From Trichormus sp. ATA11-4-KO1 (lineage in GTDB: Bacteria; Cyanobacteriota; Cyanobacteriia; Cyanobacteriales; Nostocaceae), in contig JAHHIM010000019.1 in assembly GCA_019358915.1 (NCBI GenBank), positions 18,703-82,702 of the forward strand: a DNA stretch of 64,000 nucleotides, given 5' to 3'. The translations under genes and the position numbers were made by a program. Shown piece after piece: positions 8,358-18,101 of this stretch. Under the pieces are notes generated by a model, which was not told the DNA's origin, searched no databases, and saw nothing but the letters and a program-made list of their open reading frames with translations. How positions within the stretch are numbered: position 1 is the stretch's first letter; every line of letters begins with the position of its first letter.

Positions 8358-10562
8358 TTAGGCAAATTCATAACGATTTTTACCAAGGTGCTTGGCACGG
8401 TACATAGCAGCATCTGCTTGTCTAATTAATGTTTCCGTATCTTGACTATTGATTGGGTAGACGCTAATGCCAATACTGGCAGAAACCCTAGTGGTATATC
8501 CCTCCAAAACAATTGGATCGGTGATACTGGCTAAAATTTTTTCGGCGACCTTGGCTGCCACTTGCACGTTGGGAATTGCCCGTAAAATTACAGTAAATTC
8601 ATCGCCACCCAATCGGGAAACGGTATCGCTACCGCGTAAAGAATTGCTAAGTCGTTGGGCGATGGAGACTAGCAGGCGATCGCCCATCTCGTGCCCCAAA
8701 GTATCATTGATTTGCTTAAAGCCATCTAAGTCAATAAACAGCAATCCCAGTAACAAATTGTTACTTTGTGCCCAAAGTAAAGATTCATGAAGTTGTTCTG
8801 CGAAAAATTTACGATTAGATAAACCTGTCAGAGGATCATGATAAGCCAGATAACGCAAGTGGTCTTCTTTGAGCTTTAATTCATTATTAGAGCGGAATAA
8901 CTCGGCAGCAGTGCGCTTAAGTTGTTCTTCCATCAACTTGCGCTGTGTAATATCCCGGATAACGCCAACCAAAAAGAAATTACCCGCCGCGTCTTTGTGA
9001 AGCGATCGCTTAGTGGAAATTAAATGAGTCTTACCAGTAGCATCGGTAAACTCTTCTTCATTTTCCTTGGGTTTCTGAGTTTGAAAAACCAGCTTATCTT
9101 GTTGGCGAAACACATTTGCTTCATGTTTAGGAAAAAAGTCATAGTCTGACCTTTCAATCAATACAGTATCGGGATAACCAATTAATTGACAATATGCCTC
9201 ATTGAGTACAATCCACTGATGTTGTTCATTTTTGACAAAAATCGGGTCAGCGATCGTATTGATCACCTGCTGCAAAAACTCTTTGGAGCGTTTCAACTCT
9301 TCTTGCATATAAGCAATATGAGAAGTAATCCAGATAGCTGAACTACCAAATGCCAGTAATGCCGGAACTATTGGTATCCACCAACCGGACAAGAAAGCCA
9401 GGTATGTACATAAAATTAGTATCAAGCAAGACAGTAAAGTACTAAGGATGCTTTTTGTCGGGTATCGTATTCGCCATGTAGTAACAGCTGCTAGATAAGA
9501 CCAGGCAAAAATCCATAAGTGTTCCCATAGCTGAGGCCAGACTTTAAGTAACGGTCGCCCTTCTAGAGCTGCGGAAATTAACTCACTGATAAAATAAGCT
9601 TGCAGTTCTACACCAGCAATCGGCTTTGCCGCATCCATGAGACTACTGGACTGGGGAACAAATACAAAATCTTGGAGACTGGGAGCAGTAGAACCAATCA
9701 ATAAAATGCGATCGCTGAGCAAGTTTTTGGGAACTCGGTTTGCCAGTACATCCCTCATGCTTACCTGCATGAAACCACAGGATTCAATGGATGAATTTTC
9801 ACAGCCTGGTTTGGGAAAATTGGACAAAATTTGGTAACCTTTAGCATCAGCTCCTACATAAGCACCATCATTGGAATGAAAACGAGTAAATACAGCCTTA
9901 CCCAACTGTAAAGACTTGGCGTTTCTAGCTGCTTTTTGGGGAGTAATTCCTTCTGACTTTAAATACAATAAAGCCAGCTTCAAGGCAAAACTTTCGTGTA
10001 CCTGTTGACCAACGTGCCAATACAACAAACTGCGGCGTACCTTGCCATCAGGGTCGTATAGTACGTTGTTAAAACCCACTTGCTCATGATTCAGTTCTGG
10101 TGGCGGTGAAACGCTAGCAATTTTATTATTTGTCAACAGTTCAATGCCAATCAAGTTCGGCATTGACTTATAAGCCTCAACAAGTTTCTCATAACCAGGC
10201 CTAACTGGCAAATTCCGGTAGATATCTAAACCAATAGCACGGGGTTGATGAACTTGTAATTTTTGTAATAAATCGGCAATCACACCATCTGGAATTGGCC
10301 AGGAACCGACCTGGCTTAAAGAAGCTTCATCAATAGCTACAATTGTGATCCGAGCATCAGGCGGTTCATGTGGACGTAAGCGAAAACATTGATCCAATGC
10401 TGCTAACTCCAAGGATTGCAATAATCCCACAGAGCGCAAAAACAAGATGCAAACTGCAACGCTAGAAGCAGTAATCAACTCTCTATGCCCTCGACCAAGC
10501 GTTTGTTTCAGTCTTCTAATAAACTTCACAAGCCACTTGCATAGCTGCTTACTCATTCCCAT
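8358..10562 (-). CDS. CHASE2-TM-PAS-GGDEF diguanylate cyclase
   Basis: CHASE2 motifs (ITIVAIDE..WPIPD, AIGLDIYR, DPDGKVRR), three TM helices, PAS (IADPIFVKNEQHQW), HDPLTGLSNR, intact GGDEF preceded by an RxxD I-site (RGSD). Confidence 0.93.
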   Translation of the reverse strand: MGMSKQLCKWLVKFIRRLKQTLGRGHRELITASSVAVCILFLRSVGLLQSLELAALDQCFRLRPHEPPDARITIVAIDEASLSQVGSWPIPDGVIADLLQKLQVHQPRAIGLDIYRNLPVRPGYEKLVEAYKSMPNLIGIELLTNNKIASVSPPPELNHEQVGFNNVLYDPDGKVRRSLLYWHVGQQVHESFALKLALLYLKSEGITPQKAARNAKSLQLGKAVFTRFHSNDGAYVGADAKGYQILSNFPKPGCENSSIESCGFMQVSMRDVLANRVPKNLLSDRILLIGSTAPSLQDFVFVPQSSSLMDAAKPIAGVELQAYFISELISAALEGRPLLKVWPQLWEHLWIFAWSYLAAVTTWRIRYPTKSILSTLLSCLILILCTYLAFLSGWWIPIVPALLAFGSSAIWITSHIAYMQEELKRSKEFLQQVINTIADPIFVKNEQHQWIVLNEAYCQLIGYPDTVLIERSDYDFFPKHEANVFRQQDKLVFQTQKPKENEEEFTDATGKTHLISTKRSLHKDAAGNFFLVGVIRDITQRKLMEEQLKRTAAELFRSNNELKLKEDHLRYLAYHDPLTGLSNRKFFAEQLHESLLWAQSNNLLLGLLFIDLDGFKQINDTLGHEMGDRLLVSIAQRLSNSLRGSDTVSRLGGDEFTVILRAIPNVQVAAKVAEKILASITDPIVLEGYTTRVSASIGISVYPINSQDTETLIRQADAAMYRAKHLGKNRYEFA

Positions 10563-11049
10563 TACCTAGTGGGGAAAAATAGTTTCTCTTTTCTATAGCT
10601 ATCAACTAGCTAGCTAATATGACTCACTTGCAAACTATATTGATTTTTTAAGAATAATTTCAATTTAGTAAAGTTCCTCCAAATAATTCTGGCTAACTCT
10701 GATAGATCACTATTGATGACGATTCATTATCTGACCAAAAGGCAACTAAAATTTTTGTGCTTATTCAAAACAAGTTCAATACAAATATAGCTGTTCTTGT
10801 TTAAATAAAGTATGGAGTTAGTATTAATTGCTACATTGCAGCTAGCTAATAGCTTGTCCATAGCGATTCCATGACTTTTGGTATATTTATTGCCAGTTCA
10901 AGTTAACAAATTTTCTTTTGAGACATTGACATCATTGTCTGTATTGATGCCGTGAATCTTCATTAAAGAGAGGTTTATCGAACTGATGTAATTAAATACC
11001 AATCATTTTTTTGTGAAATGGTGTAGAAAGGGTAGGAGTGTCAACAACA

Positions 11050-11099
11050 AAAAAGTCAACTGGGAGAGAATTTCTTTGAATTCAACCAGTTGACTTTTT
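11050..11099 (-). terminator. Probable intrinsic terminator downstream of the VKOR gene
   Basis: 14-bp inverted repeat AAAAAGTCAACTGG / CCAGTTGACTTTTT with A/T tracts at its outer ends. Confidence 0.6.
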
Positions 11100-11129
11100 G
11101 GCAAGATAGCGGAATTACTAAAATGACAA

Positions 11130-12122
11130 TTATCTAAAATACTGGAAGTTCCTAGCACCTGTATAATTAGAAACTTTTGCCAGTTCGTCTAGATTTTGGA
11201 CTCCGCTATAAGTTTGACCATTGATAATCCAGGTGGGGAAGCCTTCAATTTTTGCTGCTTTACACAATTCTGGTTGACTTTGTGGGCTATCGACAGCGCA
11301 TTCCACCATAACCTCATTTTCTTTGATGATCTGGTAAGCTTCTTTACCAAAGAGTAATTTTTGTTCGTGGCAGTGAGGACACCAATAAGCAACATATTCC
11401 TTAGCACCTATCTTGACAAGATGGCGTGCTAGTTCAATTTCTGCCTCACCGGAGGTAGTGGTAATTTCCCAACCAAAGGCTGGATTAGGATTTACCTGAG
11501 GAGTAAAGGTAATTCTTTGAGGTTGTCCAGGAGTTGAATCACCAGGTGTTACACCTGATTGATTCACGCCGGCGTAGACACCTAAGGTGCCAATTAGCGT
11601 TACCATCCCTACAATCAAAGCGGTAAAGAAAATTTGCCCTATATCCTCCCAAAGGCGACCGACAATCGTCAGCACCAACAGACTTAAGGAGAACAAAGCC
11701 GAAGCGATACAGTAAGGACATAAGACTTGGATTTGGAATGCCAGCAAGTACATTAAATAGCCACTGAAGACCGACATAGCGATCGCCCCTACTAACAGCA
11801 GCCACCAAGTCGAATTTTCCAGTTGTTTGAGGCTATTTTTATCTTCTGGTTTCCAGACCAAGGGAGTCACAGCCAAGACCACCATACTGGCATAAGCCAA
11901 AAAACCAAATAAGGTTAATGGCTGACCCAAAACTGTGGCCCAAGGACTGGAAAGTACATCGTTACAGCCTTTAGCACCAACTTCGGCTACACAAGCGGCA
12001 GTCCCTCCTGTAAATTTTTCTACAGTCAGATAACCAGTTATCAAGGCACCAAGTCCAGCGATCGCGGCAATCAATGGACGCGACCATTTATGAATCCAAG
12101 GAGTAGAACGGCGGCGAATCAT
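11130..12122 (-). CDS. Vitamin K epoxide reductase-thioredoxin fusion (disulfide bond formation)
   Basis: VKOR domain (C..GCNDVLSSPWA, CPYC) plus C-terminal Trx-like domain (WCPHC, IEGFPTW). Confidence 0.92.
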   Translation of the reverse strand: MIRRRSTPWIHKWSRPLIAAIAGLGALITGYLTVEKFTGGTAACVAEVGAKGCNDVLSSPWATVLGQPLTLFGFLAYASMVVLAVTPLVWKPEDKNSLKQLENSTWWLLLVGAIAMSVFSGYLMYLLAFQIQVLCPYCIASALFSLSLLVLTIVGRLWEDIGQIFFTALIVGMVTLIGTLGVYAGVNQSGVTPGDSTPGQPQRITFTPQVNPNPAFGWEITTTSGEAEIELARHLVKIGAKEYVAYWCPHCHEQKLLFGKEAYQIIKENEVMVECAVDSPQSQPELCKAAKIEGFPTWIINGQTYSGVQNLDELAKVSNYTGARNFQYFR

Positions 12123-12141
12123 AAACTGCTATTAGTCTAAA

Positions 12142-12171
12142 GGGAATGGGGAATGGGGAATGGGGAATGGG
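12142..12171. repeat. STRR-type heptamer tandem repeat (GGGAATG)n
   Basis: About four copies of GGGAATG. Similar heptamer tracts occur near 2545-2600, 5506-5540, 22920-23035, 32485-32535 and 46470-46530. Confidence 0.85.
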
Positions 12172-12232
12172 GAAAAAAGAATTTCGGATTTTCCCAGTAA
12201 CTAATCAAGCGCTGTTCCCTGTTTTCTGTCCC

Positions 12233-13084
12233 CTAAGAATGTATTTTCACTGGCCCAGAAATAGGCTTACTCTCACCTTGGGAATTCCAACTGCGATGAG
12301 CGGCTTCCACAAACTGACTGACGCGAATCGGGTCAATTGGTTGCTCAATTTTACCGTGGCGCTTGAGGGAACTGGAAACTATGACACCATTTGCTGCCTG
12401 CATCAGTGTAGCAACGTTTTCCCAATTGCTTCCACTACCTATAAATACTGGAGTGCCATCTGCCGCACCACAAGCTAGTTCTAAGTCTTCTAGGTTAGGC
12501 GGGCTACCAGTAGCCCAGCCAGATAAAATCACGGCATCTGCCAAACCTCTTTCAATTGTGTCTTTGACAGCGACTGTGAGATTTGGGGAACTCAAAGGAC
12601 GGGCGTGCTTTACCAGTACATCAGCGAGGATTTTGACATCACAGCCTAATTCCCGCCGATAACGCAGTAATTGATGCGCTTCTCCTTCAATTAATCCTTG
12701 ATCGGTTGCCATTACTCCTGTCAAAACATTGACACGGATAAATTGTGCCCGCACGCAGCTAGCGATCGCCATTGCACTTTTGCCATCATTCCGCAAAACA
12801 TTTAAGCCTATGGGCAAGGTCACCAAATTTTGTATCCTTTGGGTCACAACAGTCATGGCACTCACAACTGCTGGGTCAACCTGGTTTTTGGCAAACGGCG
12901 CGTCGAAAAAATTCTCCACAATAATGCCGTTTACCCCACCACTGGCTAAGGCTGTTGCTTCTTGTTCCGCACGGTCAATTACCGCTTTTAAGTTCCCTCC
13001 CCAACGGGGCGAGGTAGGCAGTGGCAGCAGGTGAACCACGCCAATAATCGGTGTTCGAGTTTTAAATAGCTGATATAAGTCCAC
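12233..13084 (-). CDS. btpA: Photosystem I biogenesis protein BtpA
   Basis: IIGVVHLLPLPTSP, ENFFDAPF, GLNVLRND, ADVLVKH and ADAVILSGWATG (BtpA/SgcQ family). Confidence 0.93.
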   Translation of the reverse strand: MDLYQLFKTRTPIIGVVHLLPLPTSPRWGGNLKAVIDRAEQEATALASGGVNGIIVENFFDAPFAKNQVDPAVVSAMTVVTQRIQNLVTLPIGLNVLRNDGKSAMAIASCVRAQFIRVNVLTGVMATDQGLIEGEAHQLLRYRRELGCDVKILADVLVKHARPLSSPNLTVAVKDTIERGLADAVILSGWATGSPPNLEDLELACGAADGTPVFIGSGSNWENVATLMQAANGVIVSSSLKRHGKIEQPIDPIRVSQFVEAAHRSWNSQGESKPISGPVKIHS

Positions 13085-13802
13085 GTCTTTAATCCGCTTC
13101 GCGGGGTCTAGAGTCCACCAGTCCAGAGTCTAGAATTTGTTTGACTATTGACTATTGAACGCCAGTCACCTCAAGTCTGGGAACTTGCCTAGGGCGTTAG
13201 CTCCTCTTAACTTTTAACTAAGCTAGTCAAATGCATTTTAATCTGGTTATTTTACTGCCTCTTCCCTGAGATGGAATTTGGCGTAAAACCTCCCATAAGA
13301 TATGTTAAGATAAAACCTGGCTACAAGAGGAGTTTGCCACTCACAAGATGCGGGGCAGCTTCCCGTAGTTTAGGCACCTCGCCCACGCATTGTCGTTGGC
13401 CAAGCCTGAGCGTTAGGGTAGCATTACTGCTTTAATTAGGCGTAGTCGCAAGTGCGATTTCCCTGAGGGTAGCGACTTCTCACAACAAGCCCTTTGGGCG
13501 GCTTCCCGACGGGTAAATTAACAACGCACACGCTGCGGTAATATAAAATACCAACAGGCGATTTGTTAAAAAAAATTATAAGTGTCAAAGTACCCAAAGA
13601 CACTCTATTTTACCCTGGGAAATAGACTAAATAGTAGAAACATCATAACATGGCCTGAAATTATCTAGGTCACAAGACCACAGGCAGTAGCTGGCAGTGG
13701 AAGCCTGTTATTCTAGCGCTGACTATACAAGGGTGTGGATCACAAAGAGCGAAATGATCGCTTAAGTATCTGACTACAAAAAACTGAAGATTTTTTCAAA
13801 AT

Positions 13803-15128
13803 ATGGGTGAAAAGCCGACAATTGCAATTTCGCACTTGGGCTGCGAGAAAAACCGAATTGATACAGAACACATGTTAGGAATGCTTGTAGAAGCAGGCTA
13901 CGGTGTAGATACAAATGAAGAATTAGCCGATTACGTTATAGTTAATACCTGTAGTTTTATCGAAGCAGCCAGGCAAGAATCTGTCAGAACTTTAGTAGAA
14001 CTGGCAGAAGCCAACAAAAAAATCGTAATCACTGGCTGTATGGCACAGCACTTCCAGGAACAGTTATTGGAGGAATTGCCGGAAGCAGTAGCTTTAGTAG
14101 GTACAGGTGATTATCACAAAATTGTCAATGTAATTGAGCGGGTAGAACAAGGAGAGCGGGTAAAACAGGTTAGTTTAGAACCAACCTACATCGCCGATGA
14201 AACTACACCACGCTACCGTACCACAACCGAGGGTGTTGCCTACCTGCGAGTGGCTGAAGGATGTGATTATCGTTGTGCATTTTGTATTATTCCTCATCTT
14301 CGAGGGAACCAGCGATCGCGTACTATTGAATCTATAGTTGCTGAAGCGGAGCAGTTAGCTAGTCAAGGGGTACAGGAAATTATTTTAATTTCCCAAATTA
14401 CCACCAATTACGGGTTAGATATTTACGGTCAGCCAAAGTTAGCCGAATTACTGCGCGCTTTGGGTCAAGTAGATGTACCGTGGATAAGAATGCATTACGC
14501 TTATCCCACCGGGTTGACCCCAGATGTCATAGCGGCAATCAAAGAAACTCCCAATGTCTTACCTTATCTAGATTTGCCCCTACAACATTCTCATCCCGAT
14601 ATTCTCCGCGCCATGAATCGTCCTTGGCAAGGGCGCGTAAATGATGGGATTATTGAACGCATCAAAACAGCCCTACCAACTGCTGTCCTTAGGACAACAT
14701 TTATAGTTGGTTTCCCTGGAGAAACTGAAGAGCATTTTGAGCATCTACTAGAATTCGTCCACAGGCACGAATTTGATCATGTTGGTGTGTTTACCTTTTC
14801 ACCAGAAGCAGGAACGCCCGCTTACAAGCTAGCCAATCAGTTGTCCCCAGAAATCATGGATGAACGCTGGCATCGATTAATGGCCCTCCATGAACCGATT
14901 GCTGGGAAAAAAAATCAACAGGAAATCGGCAAAATCGTTGATGTCCTGATTGAACAAGAAAACCCGGAAAGTGGCAAGCTAATCGGTCGCTCAGGCAGAT
15001 TTTCTCCAGAAGTCGATGGTCAGGTCTATGTCGTTGGGGAGGCGAAGTTAGGAACCATCGTGCCAGTAGCAATCCACGGCGCTGATACATACGACCTCTA
15101 CGGTCAAGTTGTCAATAGTTACACATAA
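13803..15128 (+). CDS. rimO: Ribosomal protein S12 methylthiotransferase RimO
   Basis: [17 protein letters not shown], radical [11 protein letters not shown] motif, C-terminal TRAM domain (SPEVDG). Confidence 0.95.
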   Translation: MGEKPTIAISHLGCEKNRIDTEHMLGMLVEAGYGVDTNEELADYVIVNTCSFIEAARQESVRTLVELAEANKKIVITGCMAQHFQEQLLEELPEAVALVGTGDYHKIVNVIERVEQGERVKQVSLEPTYIADETTPRYRTTTEGVAYLRVAEGCDYRCAFCIIPHLRGNQRSRTIESIVAEAEQLASQGVQEIILISQITTNYGLDIYGQPKLAELLRALGQVDVPWIRMHYAYPTGLTPDVIAAIKETPNVLPYLDLPLQHSHPDILRAMNRPWQGRVNDGIIERIKTALPTAVLRTTFIVGFPGETEEHFEHLLEFVHRHEFDHVGVFTFSPEAGTPAYKLANQLSPEIMDERWHRLMALHEPIAGKKNQQEIGKIVDVLIEQENPESGKLIGRSGRFSPEVDGQVYVVGEAKLGTIVPVAIHGADTYDLYGQVVNSYT

Positions 15129-15276
15129 GTGGAGACAGCGCAGTGAACCAGCACTTGCCAACAAAAGTCGCGTCAAGCCCTGTAGGCACGCCACTTGCGA
15201 GAATTCTCGCGACCCAATAGCGACTGCCATTAAATTGACAAGTCCAAAACTAAAAAACAAAATCTTAGGAGAGTTA

Positions 15277-16815
15277 ATGAATCTTTCGTTTCAAGAACTA
15301 GGTCTTTCACAAGAACGTGTTGAGCAATTAGAAAACATCGGCTTTACCACACCTACCCATATTCAAGCCCAAGCCATTCCCCAATTGCTAGCAGGTCGGG
15401 ATGTCGTGGGTCAATCCCAAACAGGAACAGGCAAAACAGCAGCATTTTCACTGCCGATTTTAGAGCAACTAGATGTTAACCAGAAAGCAGTACAAGCCTT
15501 AGTTTTAGCCCCAACCCGTGAGTTAGCAATTCAAGTTCACGATGCCATTACCCAATTCGTTGGCAACGAAGGATTGCGGATTCTGGCAATTTATGGTGGT
15601 CAATCGATTGAACGCCAAATGATGCAACTCAAACGTGGTGTGCACATGGTTGTGGGTACACCAGGGCGGATGATCGACTTGCTGGATCGGGGCTGTTTAA
15701 AGCTTGATCAAGTAAAGTGGTTTGTCTTGGATGAAGCCGATGAAATGTTGAGCATGGGCTTTATTGATGATGTGATCAAAATCCTGTCTCAAGCCCCCAA
15801 AGAGCGCCAAACAGCTTTATTCTCAGCGACAATGCCACCATCAATTCGCATGATTGTCAACAAATTCTTGCGATCGCCTGTGACAGTCACCGTTGAGCAA
15901 CCCAAAGCCGCTCCCAACAAAATTAATCAAGTAGCTTATCTCATTCCCCGCCACTGGACAAAAGCCAAAGCATTACAGCCGATTCTGGAAATGGAAGATC
16001 CAGAAACAGCCTTAATCTTTGTGCGTACCAGACGTACAGCCGCAGAACTCACCAATCAACTGCAAGCAGCCGGCCACAGCGTTGATGAATACCACGGCGA
16101 CTTGTCCCAACAAGCGCGGGAGCGATTATTAAATCGGTTCCGGAACCGGCAAGTGCGCTGGGTAGTAGCTACTGACATTGCGGCACGAGGGTTAGATGTG
16201 GATCAGCTATCCCACGTGATCAACTACGACTTACCTGATAGCGTAGAAACCTACGTCCACCGGATTGGTCGTACTGGTCGTGCGGGTAAGGAAGGCACAG
16301 CTATTTCTTTAGTACAACCCTTTGAGCGGCGTAAACAACAGGCATTTGAACGCCATAACCGCCAAAGCTGGCAACTACTAACAATTCCCACACGGGCACA
16401 AATAGAAGCGCGACACATCCTGAAATTGCAAGAACAAGTCAAAGAAGCCTTGACAGGTGAACGTCTAGCTTCCTTCTTGCCGATAGTCAGCGAACTCATC
16501 GCAGAATATGATGCTCATGCGATCGCTGCTGCTGCGTTGCAAATCGCTTATGATCAAACCCGTCCCGCTTGGTTGCAATCAGGCGTAGATCCCCAAGAAG
16601 AAAACGTACCCACACCCAAACCCAAATTGGCCAAGCGTCGTGATGGTTCTGGTGAAAGAAGCCGTTCTTCCTGGGTCAAATCAGATAACAATGGTGGAGA
16701 CGAAGAAAGACGAGGTACTCCCAAGCCCAAACTGCGGACAGGCCGTCGCGATACTTCTGTTTCACCCACAGGCCAAAAGTTAGGTTCACATTCAGCTAGA
16801 GAATCAGCTTCTTAA
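15277..16815 (+). CDS. crhR: DEAD-box RNA helicase CrhR/CrhB
   Basis: Q motif, GTGKT, PTRELA, DEAD, SAT and HRIGRTGRAG; downstream of rimO as in the known rimO-crhR arrangement. Start set at ATG 15277 (AGGAGAG upstream) rather than the track start at 15109. Confidence 0.92.
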   Translation: MNLSFQELGLSQERVEQLENIGFTTPTHIQAQAIPQLLAGRDVVGQSQTGTGKTAAFSLPILEQLDVNQKAVQALVLAPTRELAIQVHDAITQFVGNEGLRILAIYGGQSIERQMMQLKRGVHMVVGTPGRMIDLLDRGCLKLDQVKWFVLDEADEMLSMGFIDDVIKILSQAPKERQTALFSATMPPSIRMIVNKFLRSPVTVTVEQPKAAPNKINQVAYLIPRHWTKAKALQPILEMEDPETALIFVRTRRTAAELTNQLQAAGHSVDEYHGDLSQQARERLLNRFRNRQVRWVVATDIAARGLDVDQLSHVINYDLPDSVETYVHRIGRTGRAGKEGTAISLVQPFERRKQQAFERHNRQSWQLLTIPTRAQIEARHILKLQEQVKEALTGERLASFLPIVSELIAEYDAHAIAAAALQIAYDQTRPAWLQSGVDPQEENVPTPKPKLAKRRDGSGERSRSSWVKSDNNGGDEERRGTPKPKLRTGRRDTSVSPTGQKLGSHSARESAS

Positions 16816-16911
16816 GTGCTCCCTTGCTGAGTACTGAGTCACAGTTATGAGTTTTGAATTGAAGATGATGTTTAATTCAAAACTCGAAACTCACAACTAA
16901 CACTTGAGAAT

Positions 16912-17862
16912 TTAGAACTTAAAGGAACGACTGATTTGTTCTAGTTGACTGATTTCATCGTCGCTTAATCTCCAGCCCAAAGCGCCTGCATTCTGTTTTA
17001 CATGTTGGGCCGTCTTCACCCCAGCAATGGGAATTACATTTCCCTGGGCAATTAACCAATTAAGGGCTACTTGGGCAGGGGTGCGATCGTATTTTTCTCC
17101 CAGACTAGTGAGTAAAGAGATGACAGGGGCAATTTTTTGCAAACCTGCTTGACTAAATCGCGGGTCTATCTTCCTAGCACCACCAGGGGTTTCAGTCCGA
17201 TCAGGTGTATACTTGCCTGTGAGTAATCCCTGAGCTAAAGGACTGTATGCCAAAATAGTCACACCCAATTCACGGGCTGTTGCTAGAATCCCGTTATTCT
17301 CAATTTGGCGCGTTAGCAAAGAGTAGCGTACTTGATTCACCGCTAAAGGTACTCCACGGGTAGCCAAGATTTGCTGTGCTTCTCGCATTTGTGTTGCTGA
17401 ATAATTACTCACCCCGACAGCAGCAATGCGTCCCCGCTTCACCTCATCGGCTAGGGTATTCATCAAAGTTTCTTGACTCAAAAAAAATGCGAATGGCCAA
17501 TGCACTTGATACAGTTCAATTCGCTCTACTTGTAAGCGCTTGAGGCTATCAGTTAAGGCATCAGAGACGGATTGACCTGTAAATCGCCACGGTAAAGGGC
17601 CGAATTTAGTGGCAATTTGCACAGGTTTTTGGGCTTTTTGGCTGAATTGCCCTAATAATTCCTCCGAAAGTCCAAAACCGTAAATTTCCGCAGTGTCAAA
17701 GAAATTAATACCAGCCTCTAATGCTGCTGTAAAAGCTGCCTGCAACTGTTCTGGCCCGTAGCCATCGCCATAATTCCAAAAGAGTTTATCACCCCAAGCC
17801 CAAGTTCCAAGGCAAAGGGGTGTAACAGTCGGGCCATTGTGCCCTAATGTGATAGTTTCCAC
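16912..17862 (-). CDS. Aldo/keto reductase
   Basis: LGTWAWG, FFDTAEIYG, IATKF, LYQVHWP, GVSNY and AYSPLAQGLLTGKY. Confidence 0.93.
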   Translation of the reverse strand: METITLGHNGPTVTPLCLGTWAWGDKLFWNYGDGYGPEQLQAAFTAALEAGINFFDTAEIYGFGLSEELLGQFSQKAQKPVQIATKFGPLPWRFTGQSVSDALTDSLKRLQVERIELYQVHWPFAFFLSQETLMNTLADEVKRGRIAAVGVSNYSATQMREAQQILATRGVPLAVNQVRYSLLTRQIENNGILATARELGVTILAYSPLAQGLLTGKYTPDRTETPGGARKIDPRFSQAGLQKIAPVISLLTSLGEKYDRTPAQVALNWLIAQGNVIPIAGVKTAQHVKQNAGALGWRLSDDEISQLEQISRSFKF

Positions 17863-18101
17863 GTTGGCAGTATTTATTTGATTTACATTTCTTTACTTTT
17901 TTAGTGTATCTCTATAAACAAAACTGAGAAAAGTTACTAGAGAAGGGTTTAACGAGAGATTTCGTCTATCCACAGAGATATTAGATTAATCTGCCGAAAA
18001 CAAGTCTCCAACTAAATGAAAATTGTCAAATTTGGGGTGGAGAAGGTTTATCTTTAGTTAAAGAGAGACTAAATCCTGTAGTGTTTCTGGTTAAAGTAGC
18101 A

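Noticed and set aside
12146..12478. ORFs beginning in or running through heptamer repeats (12146-12478, 22830-23036, 2427-2609)
   Set aside because: Their translations (MGNGEWGMG, SPCSLVSLSPYPL) are by-products of STRR tracts or lie antisense to real genes.
15109..15276. 56-aa N-terminal extension of the DEAD-box helicase in the ORF track
   Set aside because: It overlaps the rimO stop and has no helicase similarity; ATG 15277 has a good RBS and begins at the Q-motif region.
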